Part shown: piece after piece, positions 27,119 through 35,578 of the stretch
How the letters are laid out: every line of letters starts with the position of its first letter
How positions within the stretch are numbered: the stretch's first letter is position 1
Assembly (NCBI GenBank): GCA_964610335.1
Contig: CAZSVP010000002.1
Span: 14,376-78,375 of the forward strand
Direction: 5' to 3'
Length of the DNA: 64,000 nucleotides
Source: an uncultured Candidatus Saccharibacteria bacterium
Lineage (GTDB): Bacteria > Patescibacteriota > Saccharimonadia > CAILAD01 > BJGX01
The notes under the pieces: model-generated
Told to the model about the DNA's origin: nothing
The model's database searches: none
What the model saw: the letters and a program-made list of their open reading frames with translations, nothing else
Position numbers and translations under genes: made by a program

Positions 27119-27928
27119 CTAGAATATCTGTCGTTTGTCGCGCGACATTTTCTTGCGCAAGCTTGTATTGCCACTCGAGTACATACGAGGCAACATGCCA
27201 ACTGGACTCCAGGCTTTTTGTAGCTTGCGAATATCTACACCCGGTTGGTAATGACCGGTGGTACCATAATCGATAGTAGTGGCGGCCACCCAGAAGAATA
27301 TCATCTGCGCGATCGGCATACCCACCACAAGAGGAACCCAGACGTTGGTATTTTTGTTGCGAATCTCCATGGTCCAACGATTGATGTAGCCCACATCGCC
27401 CCAACCAGCGTCGTCGCAAGAGCTAATGTTGATGCGCCCCAGGCTACTGCGAGCTTTCATCATGGTGGTGATGCCATAGCTACCTCCTATGTACTCAAGT
27501 GTATGAGCCAGAATACATTCGCCTGGTGCCAGCACTATAATATATTCGTCCTTGTCGATGCCTGCAAATGATTGTCGACTATGTTGTTTGCACCATGTTT
27601 CATGAGTGACGGCCTTATGGGGGCCTGAATAATACAAATCTACCTCTTCTTTGCTATATGGCGAAAAGTCTACACGATGCCCGACTTGCTCAGCCATATA
27701 ATAGTTACCACCCAATCGCACATCGTAGCTGCTAGAGTTGAGAAGCTCGGGCTCAAATGGATCTATTACAACTTGTCCACTATTGAGACAAGCTGTAAGC
27801 TCAGCATCTCCAAGCACGCCAGAAAATGGTCTGTTGGATTTACGCTGATAAACTTCAACATCAGCTAGATCGAAATCTACAGCTGTTGTGCGTCCTTTTA
27901 ACCACTCTTCTGGACTTTGTTGTTTCAC
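27119..27928 (-). CDS. dcd: dCTP deaminase family protein
   Basis: SSYDVRLG, ARSSLGR, GWGDVGY and TMEI motifs. Confidence 0.88.
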   Translation of the reverse strand: MKQQSPEEWLKGRTTAVDFDLADVEVYQRKSNRPFSGVLGDAELTACLNSGQVVIDPFEPELLNSSSYDVRLGGNYYMAEQVGHRVDFSPYSKEEVDLYYSGPHKAVTHETWCKQHSRQSFAGIDKDEYIIVLAPGECILAHTLEYIGGSYGITTMMKARSSLGRINISSCDDAGWGDVGYINRWTMEIRNKNTNVWVPLVVGMPIAQMIFFWVAATTIDYGTTGHYQPGVDIRKLQKAWSPVGMLPRMYSSGNTSLRKKMSRDKRQIF

Positions 27929-27986
27929 ATTACCTCCAATTTATTTCCTAGACTAACAGACAATCTAGACAAACCCAAGCTTAACT

Positions 27987-28014
27987 AAAATGATCCACCT
28001 TGTGGCGGATCATT
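27987..28014 (-). terminator. rplA terminator
   Basis: AAATGATCC...GGATCATTT hairpin. Confidence 0.7.
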
Positions 28015-28034
28015 TACAGAAGAGTTAAGTGCAA

Positions 28035-29021
28035 TTACTCTTTGGCTTCTTTTTGAGCAGCGTTGACATCAAGTTTGATAGATGGGCTCATAGTAGCACT
28101 CACAAACATACTGCGTACAAATACACCCTTTACTCCAGCCGGCTTGGCTTGGTTGAGACCAGCTACTACTGCCTTGAGATTGCTTAGCAAGTCTGCCGGT
28201 TTGAAGCTGAGCTTACCAAATCCAACATGCACTATACCATTGGCATCGGCTCGTAGTTCAGCTTGACCCTTCTTGATTTCTTCGACGGCTGCTGCAGGAT
28301 TGGCAGTAACAGTATTGTTCTTGGGCGATGGCATAAGTCCCTTGGGACCCAAAACCTTAGCATATCGGCCTAGCTCAGCCATTTTAGCAGGTGTTGCTAC
28401 TAGTACATCAAAGTCAAACTTTTCTTTGCCAAGTGCAGCGAGCAAATCTTCTGAGTTGGTAATGTCAGCACCAGCCTTCTTGGCGGCTGCTGCATCTTTG
28501 TCGTCGGCAAGTACGGCTACACGAACAGATTTGCCGGTACCAGCTGGCAAGGCCACGCTACTACGGACTTGTTGATCGGCCTGTTTGGGATCGATATTGC
28601 ATGCCACATGTAGCTCGGCCGTGGCATCAAAATTGACCTTGGAAAGCTTGGGTAAGAGTTCTACTGCTTCAGCCAATGTATATAGCTTGTCTGGCTCTAT
28701 AAGTTCACGCACCTCTTTTTGATTCTTGGAATACTTCTTAACACGCGGTTTTTGGATAACCTTTGGTTTTTCGGTCTCTTCTACTGCCTTAGATTTGGTG
28801 TCAGCCTTGCGATTTTCCTTGGCTTCAGCTTCAGCTGCTTCTTCTTGGGCTTTCTTACTACGTTTGCCTGCCTTAGTAGTTGCAGCCTTGGTAGTTTTCT
28901 CTTCAGCAACTACTTCGTCAGCGACCTTCGCTGGTTTCTTAGTATTCTTTTCTTCAGCCACAACAGGCTCTTTAGCCTTTTTAGTAACTTTCTTATCATC
29001 GGTCTTCTTAGTATCTGTCAT
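28035..29021 (-). CDS. rplA: 50S ribosomal protein L1 with long K/E/A-rich N-terminal extension
   Basis: LGPKGLMPSPK and ATMSPS motifs; ATG 29021 with AAGGAG SD. Confidence 0.96.
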   Translation of the reverse strand: MTDTKKTDDKKVTKKAKEPVVAEEKNTKKPAKVADEVVAEEKTTKAATTKAGKRSKKAQEEAAEAEAKENRKADTKSKAVEETEKPKVIQKPRVKKYSKNQKEVRELIEPDKLYTLAEAVELLPKLSKVNFDATAELHVACNIDPKQADQQVRSSVALPAGTGKSVRVAVLADDKDAAAAKKAGADITNSEDLLAALGKEKFDFDVLVATPAKMAELGRYAKVLGPKGLMPSPKNNTVTANPAAAVEEIKKGQAELRADANGIVHVGFGKLSFKPADLLSNLKAVVAGLNQAKPAGVKGVFVRSMFVSATMSPSIKLDVNAAQKEAKE

Positions 29022-29037
29022 TTGATTTGCTCCTTTC

Positions 29038-29072
29038 GTGGTCAAGCATGCGCTCTCAAGCGCACTCCCACA
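29038..29072 (-). promoter_or_regulatory. L1-binding autoregulatory site upstream of rplA
   Basis: GUGGGAG-(UGCGCU hairpin)-GACCAC, the known L1 mRNA target pattern. Confidence 0.7.
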
Positions 29073-29087
29073 GCTAGGTTAATTGTG

Positions 29088-29540
29088 TTACGACTTCGCA
29101 GCGACTTTTTTTGGTTGCTCGGTTTCTACTCCCATACTGCGAGCAGTACCGGCTATGATTTTCTTAGCAGCCTCAATGTCATTGGCATTGAGGTCAGCCA
29201 TCTTGGCTTCAGCAATCTCAGTTAGCTGAGCATCTGTGAGTTTACCAACTTTGTCTTTGTTGGGCACACCGCTACCACTTTTGAGCTTGAGAGCTTCCTT
29301 GATCATGGTTTTTGCAGGAGTACCCTTAACTACAAAACTCATAGACTTGTCTTCGTAGATGGTTACCACTACTGGAGTGGGTTGTCCCTTACGATCTTGA
29401 GTTTGTTCATTGAAAGGATTAATGAAATCCATCATGTTCACACCATGCTGGCCAAGGTTGGACCCAACAGGAGGAGCTGGGGTAGCACCGCCACCCATCA
29501 ATATCATTTTCACTTTTCCGATAACTTTTTTTGCTGCCAT
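29088..29540 (-). CDS. rplK: 50S ribosomal protein L11
   Basis: ATPAPPVG and IAGTARSMG motifs. Confidence 0.98.
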   Translation of the reverse strand: MAAKKVIGKVKMILMGGGATPAPPVGSNLGQHGVNMMDFINPFNEQTQDRKGQPTPVVVTIYEDKSMSFVVKGTPAKTMIKEALKLKSGSGVPNKDKVGKLTDAQLTEIAEAKMADLNANDIEAAKKIIAGTARSMGVETEQPKKVAAKS

Positions 29541-29550
29541 AATATACTCC

Positions 29551-30090
29551 TTAAACTTTCTTCACCTGAAGACCATCGAGCTCCACTGGTGTTTCACGAC
29601 CAAACATACTGACAAGTACCTTGATCTTACCTTTTTGCTCATCTACTTCAGATATAGTGCCATCAAAGCCTTTAAACGGACCGTCGGTAATATTGACAAG
29701 CTCGCCCACAGAATAGTCAATCTTAAACTTAGGCTCTTCTACACCCATACGTTTTTGAATGGCTTTGACCTCGTTTTCACTGAGCGGTGATGGCGTAGTG
29801 CCAGAACCTACAAAGCCAGTGACATTGGGAGTGTTCCGGACCATAAACCAGCTGTCTTCGGTAATCGACATATGCACCATGATATAGCCAGGGAAGATCT
29901 TGCGTTCAACAGTACGACGTCGGCCATTCTTGATCTCAATTTGTTTTTCTTTTGGCACGATCACATCAAATACTTTGTCGGCCATATCCATTGACTCAGT
30001 TCGTTGACGGATTGCCTCTGCTACTTGGTCTTCGTAGCCGGAATAGGTATGGATTACATACCACGCTTGTTCTCCAGTTTGTTTGTTCAT
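29551..30090 (-). CDS. nusG: Transcription factor NusG
   Basis: [18 protein letters not shown] domain and FGRETPVEL. Confidence 0.98.
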   Translation of the reverse strand: MNKQTGEQAWYVIHTYSGYEDQVAEAIRQRTESMDMADKVFDVIVPKEKQIEIKNGRRRTVERKIFPGYIMVHMSITEDSWFMVRNTPNVTGFVGSGTTPSPLSENEVKAIQKRMGVEEPKFKIDYSVGELVNITDGPFKGFDGTISEVDEQKGKIKVLVSMFGRETPVELDGLQVKKV

Positions 30091-30096
30091 GTGGCT

Positions 30097-30288
30097 CTAT
30101 TGCCCTTTTTTAATTAACGCTTGTAAACCTGCGCGCAAAATAGCGTCGAGACCTGATAGATATATACCAATCACGATTGAAACTACTACCACAACAATCG
30201 CCAAGGTTATGGCCTGTCGCCTAGTCGGCCATATTACCTTTTTGAGCTCAGCAATTGAGCCTTGTATGTAAGTGGTAACGCGTTGCAT
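30097..30288 (-). CDS. secE: Preprotein translocase SecE
   Basis: ELKKVIWPTR plus one TM helix; upstream of nusG. Confidence 0.95.
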   Translation of the reverse strand: MQRVTTYIQGSIAELKKVIWPTRRQAITLAIVVVVVSIVIGIYLSGLDAILRAGLQALIKKGQ

Positions 30289-30338
30289 GTTCTTGGTTGT
30301 AATCTAAAAAAGCCTCCGCACGGCTTTATGGAATAATT

Positions 30339-31484
30339 CTACTTGTTTTTGGTGTTATTGTCAAATGGTTTGACCTGTTTGGCCGACGGAATTTCTAGGT
30401 TGGATTGTTCGACTAGCTTTTTGAGACGAATGGATTGGCTGTGAGCATAATCAAATGCTTTCGGAAGAGCTACTTGTACTATTATTCCTACCAACACGCA
30501 AGCTAGCAAGAAACTATCAATACCAAGAATTAACAGTGCTGTTGACGGATATCGGCGCAACTTAGTAAAACTTTCCAAACCAGGCAGCCAATACTTATGT
30601 TTTTGTAAGTGATCAAAGCTCAAAACAGCTATAGACAAGCAAATACCCATCACTAATCCAAGTACTTGCCAACCGCTAGAAAGACCCGATAATAGCAAAA
30701 GCGTTTCAAAACTAACAATAAAAACCAATATTGCTAGTGTAATAGTAGCAGGTAACAGCCTGTTGGCTATTTGGGACAGGGTGCTCAGTGGACTAGTGGC
30801 TGGGATTATTGGTACAAGTAAGAGTTTGCCTACTTTGGCACTGCGAGCAAAGCGCAAAACATTTCGATTACGACAAGCCCAGCACCACAATATACCAATA
30901 ATCGTAATAGCCCAAAGACAAATTACAACAAATACAGCTAGCACTGGCAAGAAGCTATACAGCTTGTTGATTACCAATGTGGAAAGACCAGTGGCTATAA
31001 TCAAAGCTAATGCCATCAACAACACAAAGTAAGTGGTGCCTACGATCAAGCCACCTACTAACTGCCAATATGGTGGACGATTGGCACTCGATAACTTGAG
31101 CAACCACGGTTCTAACAACCAACCTATTAAGACAAATATTCCTGTACTTGCAGCAATAAATCTTAGGTTGTTGAGGTTGCTAGAAGAGAACCAGTTGGAT
31201 ACAGTTTGAGCAAGTTCGTAGCTATTGAGCTGCATTGTTTTTACTACTATCAGCAAAATAATTGGGGTAGACAGAACTATTAGGAATCTAAGAGAAAAAA
31301 GCATGCGTAGAATTACAACTACTACAACAGGCGTTGATATAACAATAGAATGTTTTGCAGGGGTTTTTGAATGCGGCTTTTTCTTTTTTACAGCTGGCGG
31401 ACTCTTGGAGATTTTACGTGCTCCCTGCTCGGTAATATCATAAGAAATACCGTCAATAGTCATACGAGTTGGTTTGTTTGCCAT
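30339..31484 (-). CDS. Multi-pass membrane hypothetical protein
   Basis: Many hydrophobic segments; last gene of the crtI-crtE-crtB run. Confidence 0.7.
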   Translation of the reverse strand: MANKPTRMTIDGISYDITEQGARKISKSPPAVKKKKPHSKTPAKHSIVISTPVVVVVILRMLFSLRFLIVLSTPIILLIVVKTMQLNSYELAQTVSNWFSSSNLNNLRFIAASTGIFVLIGWLLEPWLLKLSSANRPPYWQLVGGLIVGTTYFVLLMALALIIATGLSTLVINKLYSFLPVLAVFVVICLWAITIIGILWCWACRNRNVLRFARSAKVGKLLLVPIIPATSPLSTLSQIANRLLPATITLAILVFIVSFETLLLLSGLSSGWQVLGLVMGICLSIAVLSFDHLQKHKYWLPGLESFTKLRRYPSTALLILGIDSFLLACVLVGIIVQVALPKAFDYAHSQSIRLKKLVEQSNLEIPSAKQVKPFDNNTKNK

Positions 31485-31496
31485 AACTCTAGTGTC

Positions 31497-32345
31497 TCAC
31501 CTTCCGAATAGTTTTGCTAGATGACAGCCAAGCAATATCCAGGCTTTTTCAGGCCCGCTCAAACTCACCCTAGACTTGGAAATTTGCTGCGGTGTTAACT
31601 GAGCCAGTTTGGCTAGTAATCTCATATAGGCACGCATGGCCAAAAGAACACCGTAACGAACACTTTTGGGTAGTTGATCTACCCCGAGCCTAGCCTGCTC
31701 AAAATCTACCTCAATCTCGTTGATTATTGCCATATAACCACCTTGGCTAAGATCTGTAAAATCTATGTTTGGGAAATATTGTCGAGACAATTCTTGCTGA
31801 TCACTACCAAGATCACGCAAGAAATTCACTTTTTGAAACGCTGCGCCTAATGCCTCAGCTGCTGATATAAGCTTCTGGTATTGGCTAGCTTTGCCGTCAC
31901 AGAAAACCGACAAGCACATCAAACCAACTGCCTGGGCTGAGCCATATATATAGTTGTCATATTCTGCTTTTGAGTAACTATGCTTTGAAATATCCATCCG
32001 CATACTGGCAAAAAAAGCCTCAATTGGCTCAATTTCAAGGTTGTACTTACGTGCAGTTGTCGAAAAGGCATGGACTATCAAGTTCTCGCTATATCCCGAC
32101 TTTATAGATTGCAGCGTCTCGGCTTCTAAGGTAGCAAGCCGTTTGGTCATCTTATCTGGCCGCCAACTATCAACCAGCTCATCGGCAATACGAACTAACC
32201 CATAGATGTTATATATATGGTTTCGGTATGGTTGATCTATCAATGTCGTAGCCCGGTAAAAAGAGCTCGAGAATTGACGAGTCACTAGCTCCGCTGCTGC
32301 GAAGCTCGTGTCAGTATATAACTGTTGGTTATAGCGAGTTTGCAT
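31497..32345 (-). CDS. crtB: Phytoene synthase
   Basis: SSSFY, RIADELVD, YIYGSAQAVG and NFLRDL motifs. Confidence 0.93.
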   Translation of the reverse strand: MQTRYNQQLYTDTSFAAAELVTRQFSSSFYRATTLIDQPYRNHIYNIYGLVRIADELVDSWRPDKMTKRLATLEAETLQSIKSGYSENLIVHAFSTTARKYNLEIEPIEAFFASMRMDISKHSYSKAEYDNYIYGSAQAVGLMCLSVFCDGKASQYQKLISAAEALGAAFQKVNFLRDLGSDQQELSRQYFPNIDFTDLSQGGYMAIINEIEVDFEQARLGVDQLPKSVRYGVLLAMRAYMRLLAKLAQLTPQQISKSRVSLSGPEKAWILLGCHLAKLFGR

Positions 32346-33403
32346 TAGTGATCTCTTCGTACACAGCGACTAGCAAACTCTTGTAGCAATGCCTCGTATT
32401 GTGCAGATACTTCTAATTCCTGGATTTCATAAAGTGTTTTCTGATACATATTATCTGCCAAAGCCTGTACTTGCCTCTTCGCACCGGTGTCATCAAACAG
32501 TTGACGGATCTTTTGCAAGTCTGCAAAACTTGCTTCTGTATTACCCCAATACTTCTGTAGTATTTGTTTTTGTTTTAAGTTGGCATTCTTTAAAGCAAAG
32601 TACACTAAGAATGTTTTCTTACCTTCCTGCATATCTGAAATATTAGGTTTCCCAAGTTTTTTACTGTCACCATATACGCCCAGAATATCATCAGAGAGTT
32701 GGAATCCAGTACCCAGTAGATAGCCTAATCTTTCCAATTTTTCTAGTTGATCATATTTCTTGGCCAAAATGTGCCCAAACTGCAACGGCAATATGAACGA
32801 ATAATAGGCCGTCTTATATGATGCAATCTTCTCGAGCGTAGTCTTTGTTATATGATCTTCTACCGAGGCTAAGATGTCATATTGTTGGCCTATCGCAGTG
32901 ATGGTACTTTTGGTACTCACCAAATTAACTAGACGCATGGCCGTGGCACTATCAACCTTCAGATTACTTATCTGCTCATATACTAGCGCATGCGCAATGT
33001 CGCCAGCGTTAATAGCAGCGCTCAAAGCCACATGATCCCTCTGTTTTTCGGGTAGCTTGTCGAGCCGCTTGCGAAAACGTGCCTCTATAGTTGGTCCACC
33101 ATGCCGTACAAAATCACTATCCTCGATATCGTCATGTATCAGCATAAAGGAGTGTAATAGCTCCAATACAATACTGGATTGAGCTACAATTTGTTGACCA
33201 CGACCACCATACATTTGAAAGCTCATACTCATTAAGAGTGGACGTAATCGCTTACCACCACTCATGGTGTATTTCTCTATATCACTAAAGACAGTTTTGG
33301 TAATTCTATCATTAGCATAAATTCCTTTTGTCCTTGCGAAGTAGCTCACTAGCGATGCATCGATTCTTTTTTTGTTAGCTACAATATAATTGTCTAGGCT
33401 CAT
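32345..33403 (-). CDS. crtE: Polyprenyl (GGPP) synthase
   Basis: GGKRLRP, LIHDDIED, KTAYY and QLSDD motifs. Confidence 0.88.
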   Translation of the reverse strand: MSLDNYIVANKKRIDASLVSYFARTKGIYANDRITKTVFSDIEKYTMSGGKRLRPLLMSMSFQMYGGRGQQIVAQSSIVLELLHSFMLIHDDIEDSDFVRHGGPTIEARFRKRLDKLPEKQRDHVALSAAINAGDIAHALVYEQISNLKVDSATAMRLVNLVSTKSTITAIGQQYDILASVEDHITKTTLEKIASYKTAYYSFILPLQFGHILAKKYDQLEKLERLGYLLGTGFQLSDDILGVYGDSKKLGKPNISDMQEGKKTFLVYFALKNANLKQKQILQKYWGNTEASFADLQKIRQLFDDTGAKRQVQALADNMYQKTLYEIQELEVSAQYEALLQEFASRCVRRDH

Positions 33404-34887
33404 GGTTGTTCCTCAAGTATTCTCTCCACGACCAATTTGGCACTCAATGTAACCATCGGTATACCCCCTCCTGGGTAAGTGCTAGCACCTACAAAGTACA
33501 AGCCCGCTACATCACGGCTTTTGTTGGATGGCCGAAAGTATCCAGACTGAAATAGATTGTGGCTCAAACCAAAAGCGGATCCCTGATGGAGGTTAAATGT
33601 AGATGCAAAATCATTTGGCCCAAAGATTCTTTCTGATCTGATAGAATTCTTTAGTGACACTCCAAATTCTTTCTCAAACCGTTTTAATACCTTGGCCTTA
33701 ATACCTGGGGCTGCTTCTTGCCAATCTATATTGGCCTCTAAGTTTGGCACCGGCACCAACACGTACATCACATGTCTGCCCTTGGGCGCCAGAGTCGGGT
33801 CTGTTTTGGTCGGTACGTAAACATAAAAACTGGGGTCTGTTGGCAGCTTGCCTTCTTTGAAAATCTGCTCGAGATTTTGCTTGAATTGTTTGCTAAGTAT
33901 CACGTTGTGATGGAGCAATCCATCAAGCTCAGCATCTAATCCCCAATAAAACAACAGCGCGGAGCTGGCTTGTTTGTATCCAGTAAGCTTTTGTTCTGGC
34001 ATACTAGGTCTGTGCTTCGCATCTACTAAATCTAGATACGTATACACCAAATCAGAATTGGCCAATACCATATCAAATTGTTTCGCATTTCCAGGCTTAA
34101 GTGTAATCCCCTGAGCAACTCCGTTTTCGATGTTTATCTTTTCTACCTGTGAGTTAAGATGAATTTTGACACCCATATCAATGCATAGTTTTTTGAGTGC
34201 TTGGCTCAACTTATACATTCCGCCTTTGGGATACCATATGCCCAAGCCAGTCTCCATATAACTAACAGTCGAATATATGGCCGGCGCATCATAGGGACTT
34301 ACTCCCAAATACATACTCTGAAAGCTAAATAATTGGCGTAAGCGTTCGTCACGAAAGTAGTGACCTGTAAAATTATATAGGCTACTTAAGCCACGTTTGG
34401 TGAGTAGCTGCACACCATGCTTTGGACTCAAGAAGTCAGTTGGCTTGTCAAAGTTCTTATCTATGTAGTGTTTCCTGGCAAGTCGATAGAACTCAGCTAC
34501 TCTACCGAAATAGTGATAGAACTGTTCTGGCGCTTTAGAATCAAATTTGGCCAGTTGGTTGCAAAACCTAGGCAAGTTACTGCTAACTTCGATGCGACTA
34601 TGATCACCAAAAACTACTTGATAGTTCGGCTCAAGCTGAATTAGCTCAATGTAATCATCGAAGTTTTTACCACAATACTTAAATGTGTCGTACAGGACAT
34701 CAGTCATCATAAGTAGCGTTGGGCCCATATCAAAGCTAAATCCGTCCTGGCTGAATTTGTATGCTCTACCACCCACTTGTGGGTTCTGTTCGTAGACGTC
34801 TACACTATAACCATGTTTTGCGAGTCTTGCAGCTGCACACATCCCACCTATCCCAGCCCCAATTATTGCAACTGACTTCTGTTTCAT
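33400..34887 (-). CDS. crtI: Phytoene desaturase
   Basis: IIGAGIGG FAD site, FDMGPT and VGASTYPGGGIP. Confidence 0.93.
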   Translation of the reverse strand: MKQKSVAIIGAGIGGMCAAARLAKHGYSVDVYEQNPQVGGRAYKFSQDGFSFDMGPTLLMMTDVLYDTFKYCGKNFDDYIELIQLEPNYQVVFGDHSRIEVSSNLPRFCNQLAKFDSKAPEQFYHYFGRVAEFYRLARKHYIDKNFDKPTDFLSPKHGVQLLTKRGLSSLYNFTGHYFRDERLRQLFSFQSMYLGVSPYDAPAIYSTVSYMETGLGIWYPKGGMYKLSQALKKLCIDMGVKIHLNSQVEKINIENGVAQGITLKPGNAKQFDMVLANSDLVYTYLDLVDAKHRPSMPEQKLTGYKQASSALLFYWGLDAELDGLLHHNVILSKQFKQNLEQIFKEGKLPTDPSFYVYVPTKTDPTLAPKGRHVMYVLVPVPNLEANIDWQEAAPGIKAKVLKRFEKEFGVSLKNSIRSERIFGPNDFASTFNLHQGSAFGLSHNLFQSGYFRPSNKSRDVAGLYFVGASTYPGGGIPMVTLSAKLVVERILEEQP

Positions 34888-34926
34888 ATTGCACTAATCA
34901 TATCAGATCGTTTAGTGTAGGGGTAG

Positions 34927-35247
34927 ATGAAGATTACTAACCTGATATATATTACTACTCTGGGTACAAGCTTAGTGTGCCTAGTACTAATTGATAAACG
35001 TTGGCGGCTAGCTATGTTTTACGATGCCAAAGCTAGCTTGTTTGCTATTGGAACTGTGGCACTACTACTACTAGGATTTGATGTTGCTGGAATTAGTTGG
35101 GGAATATTCTTCACAAATCAAGCTTACGTGAGCGGAATACACTTATTCTCAAAAAACTTACCTGTTGAAGAGATATTGCTGCTAGCCTTGATATGCTACA
35201 CCACACTTGTACTATATCAGTCGTTCAAGAGAGTATGGCATGAGTAA
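34927..35247 (+). CDS. Heterodimeric lycopene/C50 carotenoid cyclase subunit (CrtYe/Yc-like)
   Basis: Small TM protein with LIDKRWRL, FDVAGI and LPVEE. Confidence 0.85.
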   Translation: MKITNLIYITTLGTSLVCLVLIDKRWRLAMFYDAKASLFAIGTVALLLLGFDVAGISWGIFFTNQAYVSGIHLFSKNLPVEEILLLALICYTTLVLYQSFKRVWHE

Positions 35248-35578
35248 ATACACTATTCTTTTCGTATTTGAGATCATACTAGTATTAATAGTTCTACTGT
35301 TCTCAAGGCGCCAGCTCAGGTTTAAACCAATACTGCTGACATTAGTTTGTTTGACTATTATTACTTGCATATTTGATAGCTGGCTCACAGCTTGGCCAAT
35401 CGTGCAGTATAATAGTGTAGCGATCAGTGGTATTCGTCTGGGAACTATCCCATTCGAAGATTTTGGCTATACGATACTGGCAGGTATATTGATACCAATC
35501 GTATTTGAGATTATCCATGGACATCAAAAAAACCATCCAAGCAATTCGAGAAATAATCCAGACCAGCCGTCCGGTTAG
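35240..35578 (+). CDS. Heterodimeric carotenoid cyclase subunit (CrtYf/Yd-like)
   Basis: IFDSWL and ISGIRLGTIPFEDFGY motifs. Confidence 0.85.
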   Translation: MSKYTILFVFEIILVLIVLLFSRRQLRFKPILLTLVCLTIITCIFDSWLTAWPIVQYNSVAISGIRLGTIPFEDFGYTILAGILIPIVFEIIHGHQKNHPSNSRNNPDQPSG

